From positions 36,828,001-36,892,000 of the forward strand of contig NC_043009.1 in the NCBI RefSeq assembly GCF_006345805.1: a stretch of DNA of 64,000 nucleotides. Direction: 5' to 3'. A model generated the notes under the pieces. The model saw only the letters and a list, made by a program, of their open reading frames with translations. It was not told the origin of the DNA and made no database searches. Origin of the DNA: Octopus sinensis. Lineage: Eukaryota. Position numbers and translations under genes: made by a program. Every line of letters begins with the position of its first letter. Position 1 is the stretch's first letter. Positions 24,857-36,842 of this stretch are shown here, one piece after another.

Positions 24857-24903
<47 letters not shown>
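24601..24903. repeat. Compound (CTA)n/(CTG)n microsatellite
   Basis: Directly visible; explains the poly-T/poly-Y/poly-L ORFs. Confidence 0.95.
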
Positions 24904-24904
<1 letters not shown>

Positions 24905-25572
24905 TACATTCATCTCTTCCACGTCTTCCCGAATTCTCTTTCTTTCCTTCTTTCTTTATCCCTCCTTCTTAGTATTCGTTGGGACGCTTGAAGACCTCTT
25001 CTCCTTCTCTTTTCATTGCAACTGCAATCCTTCTGCAGACCTTCCCCATATTGGTCACAAGCCAGTCATCAAACAGTGCAATTGTTACAAGCCAAACTCT
25101 TGTGTCACATTTTAATACAACAGTCATAGAATGGCCGATGATGTAGGCTTCGGGTGGTTCCTGCAACCACTGTTGCTGCTTTTCGTTGCCAATACAGATG
25201 CCGCCGCCGCCGCCACCACCACTGCCACTCCTGCTGCTGCTGCTGATGATGATGCAGATAACGACGACGACGATGACGAGACGACGATGATCATCATCAT
25301 CATAATGAGGGCAACGATGATAACGATGACGCTGTTTTAACCCTAAAGCCACGACTTACCTTTTCTTTCTTCACACAACTCCGGTCATCCTCTCAAGAGC
25401 AAATACCAATCAAATTTCGCAATACCTTGAGATCTAAGAAAACATCGCATACGCGGACGCACGCTCACACACACATGAATATATATTCATCACCTTCCTA
25501 TACCTTTTCTCTCTGTCTCTGTCTGTCCGTCCGTCTGTCTACTCCGTATACATGCGTATGTGAGTATAATTT

Positions 25573-25659
<87 letters not shown>

Positions 25660-25804
25660 TATGTATATACATATAATATATATATATATATGTGTGTATG
25701 TATGTATTAACGTGTATATATGATGTATATATGGATATGTATAAATATATATACATATGTACACACATACATCATATATACGCGTTTATATACATATATA
25801 CACG

Positions 25805-25846
<42 letters not shown>

Positions 25847-26008
25847 ACATATATATGTATATATATATACATATAATATATATATATGTGTGTGTATGTA
25901 TGAACGTGTATATATGATGTATATATGGATATGTATAAATATATACATATATGTACACACATACATCATATATACGCGCTTATATACATATATACATCAT
26001 ATATACAC

Positions 26009-26065
<57 letters not shown>

Positions 26066-26549
26066 CATACACACACACACAAGCATACATGCACAAACAC
26101 ACATAGCCCCCTGGCATTGACGAAACAAAGGGGTGTAGGTCAGGTTGGAGAGGCAAGCTGACACTTTGAGTGTGTGAAATGTGGTACCTGTCACAGTGAT
26201 GGTGTCTGCACACATCCCTCCAATGCGTGCTCATCAATGCTTGTTTTAGATTCAATCTCTATTTACTTACCAATTCGCGTTTCCACACAAAATAAAAACG
26301 TAAACCAAATTTACAAATAATTTATCGCTATCAGATAAAAGGAAAGAAGTGAAAAATAAAAGCAAAACAAACAAACAAAATAAACAAAACAAGAATTAGA
26401 ATGAGGGGATAAAAAAAAAAACAACCACATGTCGAGTTGTATATGACACTTTCTTCAGGCAGATTTTTCAATGCAATGGAGTTTATACATACATGTTTGC
26501 GTGTATATATAGTTGTATAGGTATATATGGATATCTATATATGCATATT

Positions 26550-26613
<64 letters not shown>

Positions 26614-26718
26614 TCTTTTATTCTTTACTTGTTTCAGCCAGCCATTTCACTACGGCCATGATGGAGCACACCTCGAAGGGTTTTTACCTGTATCTCTATC
26701 TATATATATATATGTCTG

Positions 26719-26798
<80 letters not shown>

Positions 26799-26909
26799 CT
26801 TATCTATCTATCCATCTATACGTGTGTGTATGTGTGTCGATGTGTGTGTGTCTGTGTGTGTGAACACCCTCACCATTATGTATTATGGATATTAAGTGAA
26901 TATATATAC

Positions 26910-27623
26910 ATTGGGTTATCGCGTAAATAATGCGGTTTTTTTACTTCTTCAATTTTTCAAAATTAAGATAAACACAGGTCTCGTTTTAATCTCAAATATA
27001 CTCTCCTTCATTCCCTACAATGCTCTTCTATCTATCTGGTAGATTTGCAAGGCGACTCTTCCAAAATTCACTTGTCCGTGACGAAAAATACTCCTCCACT
27101 ACTGTTCTGACCTCGTCTACAGAATTCATACTTTTTCCGTCCAAATGAATGACCAAATTCAAGCTTCCCTGATAGTTCCTCAACAGTTACAATGGGATTC
27201 TGTTCCACCATAATTTGCAGGATGTCCTCGTCGAGAGCTACAGGTCTTCCAGGACGAAGCTCGTCTTTTAGGCTATAGTTTCCGGCTTGGAATTTCTAGA
27301 ACCACCGTTGACACTGGCTTACGCTTATTGTTGGATCCCTATATACTACATTAATATTCCTCGCACTTTCCATTGCGTTGATGCCTTTATTGGAATGACA
27401 AAGCAAGATATACCGAATATGCTCCTTTGTCACTTCCATTATAGATTTGAAAAAATGACTGTTAAAATCGAACTGCACTCTTCAAAACTTGCCCTAAGAA
27501 TAAGGACAAAGTAAAATTACTACCTGTTCTTATAGCAAGTTGATGCAGGTAGTTAATCCCGTCCCCTTCCGACTGTCAGTTCATGCAATTGAAAAAACCG
27601 CATTATTTGTGGGATGACACAAT
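26910..27623 (-). mobile_element. Internally deleted mariner, second family
   Basis: Imperfect TIRs ttgggttatcgcgtaaataatgcggtttttt / aaaaaaccgcattatttgtgggatgacacaat; MEVTKEHIRYILL...SVSQCQRWF*KFQAGNYSLKDELRPGRP joined to C-terminal LANLPDR*KSIVGNEGEY. Confidence 0.85.
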
Positions 27624-27805
27624 CTCCCTCGCTCCTCTCTCTCTCTCTGTCTCTCTCTGTCTCTGTATTCATACATACATACATACACACACATATATAT
27701 ATATATCTATCTATATATATATATGATGTATGTATATATGTATTATGTGTGTATGTATATGTGCATACACACATGCATGCAAGAACATATATACGCATAT
27801 AGATA

Positions 27806-28679
27806 TACGAGGTGATATCAAAAAGTTCTCTGGCAGATGACAGCACACGGTTGCCTGCGCAGTAAGAGCTAGCAGTGACCTTCATGAGGCAGCGTTTCGA
27901 GTGACATCGCTGTGTTTACTTCCCAAGTTGTGAAATTTTGTGATCACCTGCCTGCTGTAGTCTGCGATTTTGTTATGGACAGGAACAAAGTACCAACATG
28001 AAACAGAGACATTGTGCATGCTTCGGCAAGTTTAAGGTGACGAGGCAATGGGGTCGTACGCATTGTTTCGAGTGGCACGGGCGCTGCAAAAGTGGAAGAA
28101 CATCACTGGAAAACGATGAACGATCTGGAAGTCCTGCCACGAACGTCACCCCCGGAAATGTAGTATTGTGCATCGAGAATATTTGATCCCCTGAGCCAAA
28201 CCATAAATCAAGAGTACTACTGCAACGTTTTGAAGCGTTTGAGGGAGAACATTCCGCAAAAGCGACCGGATCTGTGGAGGGCGAAGAATTCAATTCTTCA
28301 CGTCGACAATACACCTTGACACCGAGCTCGCGTCACTTGTAAGTTTCTCGCCAAAAGCAAGATGATATCGTTTCCGCATTCGCCCTATTCGCCAGATTTA
28401 GCGCCTGCGAACTTCTATCACTTCTCCAAGATGAAAATACAACTCAAAAGCCACCTTTTTAATACCGTTGTCGAGATCCAGATCGAATCGCAGAAGGTCC
28501 TCGACATCCTTACAAAAAAAACGGCTTCCCGGCCGGATTCCAAAAGGGGCAGGAACGCTGGGACCAGTGTACTTCTGCACGAGGTGACTATGTGGAATGA
28601 GATGATATTAAAAATTAGGTAAATAAGTTATTTTTTTAATTAAACATAACTAGTCCGGGATCTTTCTGATACCACCATA
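27806..28679 (+). mobile_element. Internally deleted mariner, same family as 23554
   Basis: TACGAGGTGATATCAAAAAG 5' TIR; GRTHCFEWHGRCKSGRTSLENDERSGSP; FPHSPYSPDLAPANFYHFSKMK; 3' TIR ...ctgataccacc. Confidence 0.85.
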
Positions 28680-29329
28680 TGTTTGCGCACACATGTACCC
28701 ACCGGCTTAGCCATGGGTGACATTGCATGTAAAGATCTTATTACATAATGAACGTCATAAAAATGTTTTACACATTTCAAACAATACGTACGTACTTGTA
28801 TACAGTCATACACAAATATGACTGTGTGTGTGTGTGTGTACTGTTTCTAGATGATATCTGTTGGTTATACATGTGTGTGTGAATGTGTGTATGTGTATAT
28901 GCGTGTGTATGTGTATGTGTGTATGTGTGAGTGTAAGTGTGTGTATGTGTGGGTATGTGTGTATGCGTGTGTATGCGTGTGTATGTTTGTCTGAGTGGAA
29001 GTGTGTGTGTATGTGGTTGCAGATGTAATCTGTTGGTTATGTATGTGTGTGAATGCGTGCGTGTGCTTGTATGTGCGTGTGTGTGAATGTGTGCGTATGT
29101 ATGTGTGTATGTGTGTGTATATAGGTATGTGTGTATGCGTGTGTATGTGTATATATGTATGTATCTATGTGTGTGTATGTGTGTGTGTGTACCTAGTGTA
29201 ATGGTGGACTGCCCTTGGGCAGGTCCTGTGCATGTGAATCTTCTCCAGTATTATATACGACCTAACAGGAGCCTGTACCCTCTCTTACCTCCTTTAATTA
29301 GACAACTGGGACTTCGGCTATGTTGACAA

Positions 29330-29587
29330 GACTTAGGATGAATACTGCAATGTTTTCCCGTCGTCTTCTCAAGGTAGGCTGATTTGAACTTAGAATGGAG
29401 AGAGTCGGAAGATATACAGTAAAGTGTTTCTGCTGATACACCAATGATTCTGCCATTCTCGCATTCTCAGAGCAACGTGAAATGAAGTGATTTCCTCCAG
29501 AACACAACATGTCGTCCGGTTCAGAAGTCGAGCCCACGATTTGACGATCGTGAGTAAAACATATAAAGCAGTAGGACACGCACCTTC
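29330..29587 (-). mobile_element. Decayed SINE, head type B
   Basis: Minus-strand head gaaggtgcgtgtcctactgc...gacgacatgttgtgttctggaggaaatcacttcatttcacgttgctc. Confidence 0.5.
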
Positions 29588-29617
29588 ACACACACACACA
29601 CACACACACCACACACA

Positions 29618-29658
<41 letters not shown>

Positions 29659-30104
29659 ACACTTGTGTATGAATGCGTGTACGTATACAAGTACGTACGT
29701 ATGTATACATGTATGAGTGTAGTTTATATGTTTATATTACATTCACGCACGAACACACACACATATATATACACACTCACACTCTCTCTCTTTCACACAC
29801 GTATATATATATATATATATCAAAAGGATGTGTTATAATACTATTCGACATATACAAAAAACAGCTATACCAACAATCCAACATACCTCCATCATCAGCT
29901 GCCCCACGGATATCATTATGGTTTCGACACACGGAGAGTACCATTCAATCCGGCGTTGTCAGCAGCACTAAGATAAATGTTGTTTGGGAATACTACAACA
30001 AAGAAACCAGAACAAAGAAACATATAAATCTATGTACATCTGTATGTACACACACACATACACACATGATTGTATATATGTACATGTATAGGTATATATA
30101 GGCT

Positions 30105-30836
30105 CTTTAAAAACATAGGACTCAATATCTAAAGAAGAGGAACGTAACTCAGTTAACTTTCTTGATGTTAATTTAGATCTAAGTACAGTGTTACACAGGC
30201 CTTATCATAAACCTCATACAAACCTTAGATATATTCATAAAAATAGCAATCACCCAAAAAGTATAACCCAACCAATAGTAGAAAATATATCAATCCGAAT
30301 TAGTAAACTCTCAGCAAACGAAGAGGTATTTAAACTAAATGAGGACTTTTATAATTTCGCAGGATATAGAGAAAAGTTCCTCATGTTATATTAAGCAGAG
30401 AGTTGCCAATAATTTAAGTTCGTTTAGAAATAAGGACAAAATGAGTACTGCCAGCTTTAGTAAGCTAATTTGGGCACTTAAAGATAGTAACAAAGTATTT
30501 TCGATTGCTTGGGAAATAATTATTTAAAGCAAATTTTTTTATAGAATAGGCGATAATAGATGTAATTTTTATGCGAAGGAAATGTACTCAGTTTTCTTTT
30601 ATAAATATTTTGTTATAAACACTAGACAGGAACAGGCTATGAGATGTCCACGTTGGATTAAATAAACGTCTAAACAATTTAAAGAAATATAAATTACCAT
30701 CTATAGTAATTATACTAGTTAAGATAATTATTGTGATAATTAATGATATTTTTGCGAACAATACTAGAATAATTTCAGTAATAATAACAATAGTAATGTT
30801 GATTGAGGGTATAAACCCTAAAATAAGTGAATTACT
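30105..30836 (+). mobile_element. Penelope-like element 3' fragment (RT C-terminus fused to GIY-YIG C-terminus, plus 3' UTR)
   Basis: NFLDVNLDLSTVLHRPYHKP...YIHKNSNHPKSI (PLE RT) joined near 30375 to YIKQRVANNLSSFR...SKLIWALKDSNKVFSIAWEII...RCN (GIY-YIG tail). Confidence 0.85.
30792..30836 (+). ncRNA. Decayed hammerhead relic in the Penelope 3' end
   Basis: AGTAAT/ATTACT stem I and GGG-tataaa-CCC stem II retained; core decayed (TTGATTGA, TAAAAT). Confidence 0.45.
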
Positions 30837-30943
30837 TCTGAATAAATTATGTACTCCATACAGTAAAATGCAAATAAAACAGCTGCAATTGATTGTAATA
30901 TGAATGAACATTATATATATATATATATATATATACATACACA

Positions 30944-30976
<33 letters not shown>

Positions 30977-30996
30977 CACATATATATATATATATA

Positions 30997-31380
30997 TTAC
31001 TCTTTTACTCTTTTATTTGTTTCAATCATTTGACTACGGCCTTGCTGGAGCAGCGCCTTTAGTCAACCCCGGGACGTATTCTTTGTAAGCCAAGTACTTA
31101 CTCTATCGGTCTTTTTTGCCGAACCGTTAAGTTACGAGGGACGTAAACACACCAGCATCGGTTGTCAAGCGATGGTGGGGGAACAAACGCAGACTCACAA
31201 CACACACACACACACACACATGACTATAAATACGACCACTTTCTTTGAGCTTCCATCTACCAAATCGACTCAATGCCTTTGTCGGCATGTGCCTATGGTA
31301 AAAGGCGTCTGATCAAGGTGTCACATAGTGGGACTGAACTCTGAACCATGTGGTTGGGAAGCAAACTTCTTACCCCATAC
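30997..31380 (-). mobile_element. CORE-like SINE
   Basis: Reverse-complement similarity to 8690-9150. Confidence 0.75.
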
Positions 31381-31446
31381 CTACAAATTTTAGCATTCAC
31401 ATTTTGGAAACAAAAGAATTTAATATATAATTTCATACATATAAGA

Positions 31447-31516
<70 letters not shown>

Positions 31517-31892
31517 GAGATAGTGAGAGAGAGAAAGAGAGAGAGACAGAGAGAGAGAGAGAAAAAGGGAGAGAGAGAGTATAAGAGAGAAAATAGGTGA
31601 ATGTGTCTATTACGTGAATGTGTATATAATATTTATGAGACATGCGTTTCTTAGAAAGGTGTTTTCTTAGAAAGTGAGTTTATCAACATTCTATAGCAAC
31701 AAAAGGAAAACCACGCTAACAACAACTACAACGACAACACCATATACAACTCTAGTTGCAAGAACAAAACCAACAGCAGGACATTGATAGCATAAAATAG
31801 AGCAACGACCGTCACCAACTCCACCGACACTACGACTACCGCCGCCGGCGCAATTGATAGCCAAAATAACGATGACGACAAAAACGGCAACC

Positions 31893-32232
31893 GCAATGAG
31901 CTGGCAGAATCGTTAGCACGCCGGGCGAAATGCGTAGCCGTATTTCGTCTGCCGTTACGTTCTGAGTTCAAATTCCACCGAGGTCGACTTTGCCTTTCGT
32001 CCTTTCGGGGTCGATAAATTAAGTACCAGTTATGCACTGGTGTCGATGTAATCGACTTAATCCGTTTGTCTGTCCTTGTTTGTCTCCTCTCTGTGTTTAG
32101 CCCCTTGTGGGTAGTAAAGAAATAGGTATTTCGTCTGTCGCTACGTTCTGAGTTCAAATTCCGCCGAGGTCGACTTTGCCTTTCATCCTTTGGGGGTCGA
32201 TAAATTAAGTACCAGTTACGCACTGGTGTCGA
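31893..32232 (+). mobile_element. Dimeric SINE with truncated second unit
   Basis: Junction gtaaagaaata|ggtatttcg at 32125, 186 bp after the first unit. Confidence 0.85.
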
Positions 32233-33410
32233 CGGCTAACAATTTATGGTGACTGCGAGTAGTCGATTATTCAACTAGTACTATATTTTATCGACTCCGA
32301 AACGAAAAAGGGCAAAGTTGACCTCGGGTGGATTTGAACTCGGGACGTAAAGTGCGGTAAGAAATGCCGGAACGTACCTTTTCCCAACGGTCTAACGATT
32401 CTAATGATGGTTTCAAATTTTGGCACAAGACCAGCAAGACCGAGGTCGACTTTGCCTTTCACAAGACCAGCAATTTTGGAGGGTGCGAGGGGGTGGGGGC
32501 TAAGTCGATTACATCGACCCCAGTGCTCAATTGATACTTATTTTCACGACACGAAAACGGTGAATAGTAAAGTCGACCTCGGCGGAATTTGAACACAGAA
32601 CATAAAGGCGGACGAAATGCTGCTAAGCATTTTATCCGGCAAGCTAACTACTCAGTTTGCTCATCGCCTTCGCCGTCCATAGTAATGTCACTAGAAATTT
32701 CTAGAAAGTAATTTCTAGAAAATGAAAGCCGTTGTGAATTCGAGGTGCAATGGAATGGAATGTGGTTGAACTAGCTTCGATATGAAGCGCCCCCTACATT
32801 TCAGATACGCACGTTTTGTCAACATCAGCGAACAATAACGATGTACTTCGTGGTGCTGGAGGTGCGGCAGTGCAGAGGGAGAGGGAGAGGAGAAACAAGG
32901 GTACGAGGGTACATTTTCAGGGTAGAGAGAGAGAGAGAAAAGGAAACGTTCTTGTTTACTTTTATAGCTGTATGTATGTCTATAGTTACATATGTAAACA
33001 TATATACGTCAGTTTCTATGTGCGTACACGAGTGTGTACGCGTGTGTGCGTGTGATACACACACACACACACCACACACAAACACATATATAAACATATG
33101 CTTGTATACACACACACATACACACGAAATCTGATACGGGTTAACACAGCCTGTGTGTGCATCTCTCTCTGTATGTATGTGCTGTGCGTGTGCGTGTGTT
33201 TGTGTGTGTTTGTACGTGTGTGTGTGCGTGTGTGTGTGTGTGTGTACGTGTGTGTGTGTGTGTGTGTGTATGATACACATACACACACACATGCACACAC
33301 ACACACACATATATAAACATATGTTTATATACACACACAATCTGATACGGGTTAACACTGTGTGTGTGTGTGCGTGCATCTCTCTCCGTATGTATGTGTT
33401 GTGTGTGTGT

Positions 33411-33469
<59 letters not shown>

Positions 33470-33915
33470 TGTGTGTGTGTGTGTGTATCGTACAAACATT
33501 TCAACATGACCGTGTCGTAAAATATGCTAAGAATGACAATAAGCAATGTGACTAACGAGATTAATGATTTATTTTCAGTTTATCGCATATCTTATATACT
33601 TTTCCTGTTTTACTTTCATTCCATTTTTATTCAATTAAAATAAAATACTTACAGATTAATAGGGCATAGTAGACTCGGTAGCGTAATAGAATTTTATTTG
33701 CATTAATTATCATTAATTATCATAAATTATCATTAATAGTATTTGAAAATACATTGCATGTTTTATTCTTCATATCCTACATAGAGTGCAGTAAAAGAAA
33801 AAAAAAACCTCTGCTAAATTCATTCTTGATAATTGTTCCAACAGTAAATACCCGGTGTGCATCGCTCCAAATCATAATGGTATACAAAAATTCACGTTGA
33901 AGCCTTCTGAGGATT

Positions 33916-34236
33916 AAATGGCACTTCGTCGGTTGCGACGGCAAATGTTCCTATTGGTTCAATCAACGGAACAACCTGCTCATGAAACTAACCTGAAATT
34001 GGTTGAGCACTACACAGACGCGCGTATCCTTAACGTAGTTTTCAGGGAAATTCAGCGTGACACAGACTGTGACAGAGCTGGCTCTTTGAAATAAAGGTAC
34101 TGCTCATTTTTGCCAGCTGAGTGGACTGGGGCAATGTGAAATAAAGTGTCTTGATGAAGGGTGCATTGCTCCGCCGGGTATCGATCTCCTTGCTTTACGA
34201 TTGCGACCTAATCTCTTAACCATTAACACGCGCCTT
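33916..34236 (-). mobile_element. SINE, head B plus tail X
   Basis: Head aaggcgcgtgttaatggttaagag...caagacactttatttcacattgccccagtccactcagctggcaaaaatgag; tail matches 36456-36620. Confidence 0.7.
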
Positions 34237-35695
34237 CAACTGCTGGGGATTTTGTTACGGGTGGTCACGTCAGTGAGGTACTCGGCAACTTATTTACTAA
34301 TTCATTGAGTAGGTACTTGAGTGACGGATGAAATAAATAATCATCGTCGACATTGACGAGGATCCATGACTGTAAACGATTACTCTTCCGCCAAGTCTAT
34401 GACTTTGTGCCGATGTTAGAAATCAATATTGATTCTCTGTGAAAACGTAGAAATTCTTCGTAAATGCCTTTTCTACTTTTCGGTAAGTACCCTGTACTTG
34501 TCAGTTCACCTCGCAGACGGGCTGAGGTGTCAAATAATGGAGAATCTTCAGAATCATTTGGGAATCCTATCCAGGAGAGATTTATTTCGTATCTGATTAA
34601 CAAGTTCTCTCAAAAACGTCGGCGTTTTGGAAATGCCTTATAATCCAGTGGTATCTGGAAAAGGTTCATTTTGACGCTAATGCTATTTTCGCAAAACGCT
34701 AGAAAAACAAAGGAAAATACATTAATTTTAAATGAAACTTCTATGTCGCAGCTTCAGTAACTACCGTAAATAGTTTGTCTTGTGTTCTACAACCCTGAAT
34801 ATTTTCTTCACTCTAATATTAATATCCCTTATTTGGTTACTGGGTCAGGTTTTGTAGGCAAAACTGTGTGCTCAACTGAATTGATTCCTGTGTATTAGTG
34901 GTATGAGCACGATAATAAGCGAAGTTGAACCCGTAAAGTTTTGCTCTGAGAATATATGTATTTCTCTACACAAAAGACAATCTACAGCTCAGCCGATTGA
35001 GGGACATTGAAATTTAAGCGCTGCGACTAGAGATAGAACACAGCCGTGTTAAAAGTATAGCAGTTTATTGAGGAACATTTTGGTTGGCGAATATTTTTGC
35101 TTGAGAGCTGAACTGGCAATTAAGACTCCATTCGGTGAAAAGAAGCTTCTGGAAAAAGAAACATTGTTTTACAAACAACGATTTTCCCCTTCCCCAAATC
35201 TAGGGCTTGCTGGAGCCCATCAGAGAAACCAAGATTTACATACGAAGTTATTTCAAACTGGAAACGTTGGACGATTTTTTGTTTTAATGAATTCTTTAAA
35301 ACAGTAAAATAATCGTGAATGAGGGAAAGCAATGGCATTTGTGAAAATACGAAACATTTAAGTACTTGGTGAGCTTGATGTTGTTGGTATTGCTGCTGTT
35401 TTGGTGGTAGTGTTTTGGAGGTGGTGGTGGTGTTGGACGTGGTGGTGTTGGAGGTGGTGGCCGTGGTGGTGTGTTAGCATTTGTACACATGTATATATTC
35501 TGCAACATATATAAATTGTGTGTGTGTTTGTACATATATATCGTTTTTATATATATACACACACACACACACACAAACATGCACATACATATAAATACAT
35601 ATGTATTATAAATGTAACATTTATAACACAGAGATACACGTCTAACCAATGTAAATATACACAATTGTAATCATGCACAAACACACAGCTTGTGC

Positions 35696-35736
<41 letters not shown>

Positions 35737-36020
35737 TCTGCAGAAAATAGCAAGTCTTTTGTGTGGGAGAAGAATTATAATGATTTACAAATGGAGAGAA
35801 GGTCCAAACGAAGCCAGTTTGCCTCTAAAATAAATAATTGCAGACTTAATCATAACCCAGTTGAGAAATGTTGTTGCTACAAGCATTTGAAATGGCAATT
35901 TATAAATAGATTTTCAAACATATTTGTTATTTATTAAAGAGCAAATGGTAAACGGTGCTGTTGGAGAGCAAAAGATAATGAGTATTACTGTTGGTGAACA
36001 TTAGAATCGTTGGGCTAGTT

Positions 36021-36317
36021 GTAAGCTATCGTACAGCTGGGAAAAAGGTAAGCTATTACATTGCAGGACTGGAGGTAAACTACAGTTCTGCAGGGTTCAG
36101 GGTAAACTATTGTACTTCTAGGCAACAGGTAAGCTGCCGTATTGCAGGATTTCAAGTAAACTACCGTACTGCAGGTATATGGATGAGCTGCTGTACTGCA
36201 GGTAAAGAGGCAAGTTAACATATTTTAGGATAACAAGTAAACTAACGCACTGCAAGGCAAAAGGTGAGCTCTCATGTTGCAGGACATGAGACAAGCTATT
36301 GTATTTCAGGATAGAGG
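36021..36317 (+). repeat. Degenerate 27-bp minisatellite, 11 in-register units (looser to ~36940)
   Basis: Consensus GTAARCTAYYGTACTGCAGG plus 7 variable nt; unit starts 36021, 36048, 36075 ... 36291. Confidence 0.9.
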
Positions 36318-36455
36318 GAGACTAATGAAGTACAAATTCTAGGGGTGAAGGGAGATGAGTAAGGTATTGTACAATAGCCTAAACTATCGAACTGTAGAGC
36401 ATAAGTTAAGTTATCGTACGTACTCTTGGGCAACAGGTGAACTCACATACTTTTA

Positions 36456-36842
36456 TGATGGAAGCACTCCGTCGGTTACGACGACGAGGGTTCCGGTTGA
36501 TCCGATCAACGGAACAGCCAGCTCATAAAATTAATGTGTAAGTGGCTGAGCATTCCACAGACACGTGTACCCTTAACGTAGTTCTCGGGGATATTCAGCG
36601 TGACACAGAGAGTGACAAGGCCGCCGGCCCTTTGAAATACAGGTACAACAGAAACAGGAAGTAAGAGTGAGAGAAAGTTGTGATGAAAGAGTACAGCAGG
36701 GATCACCACCATCCCTGCCGGAGCCTCATGGAGTTTTAGGTGTTTTCGCTCAATAAACACTTACAACGCCCGGTCTGGGAATCGAAACCGCGATCCTACG
36801 ACCGCGAGTCCGCTGCCCTAACCACTGGGCCATTGCGCTTCC
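36456..36842 (-). mobile_element. Full-length SINE, head A plus tail X, with 9-bp TSD
   Basis: tRNA-like head ggaagcgcaatggcccagtggttagggcagcggac...ggtttcgattcccagacc; TSD cacatactt at 36444-36452 and 36844-36852. Confidence 0.9.

Noticed and set aside
34397-35340. Short protein-like ORFs (34397-34603 minus, 35068-35307 plus) and a GTAAGT donor near 34483
   Set aside because: No recognisable homology and no consistent acceptor/donor pair
36021-36317. CRISPR-like repeat/spacer appearance
   Set aside because: Eukaryotic context, spacers only ~7 nt, degenerate repeats and no cas genes; kept as a minisatellite
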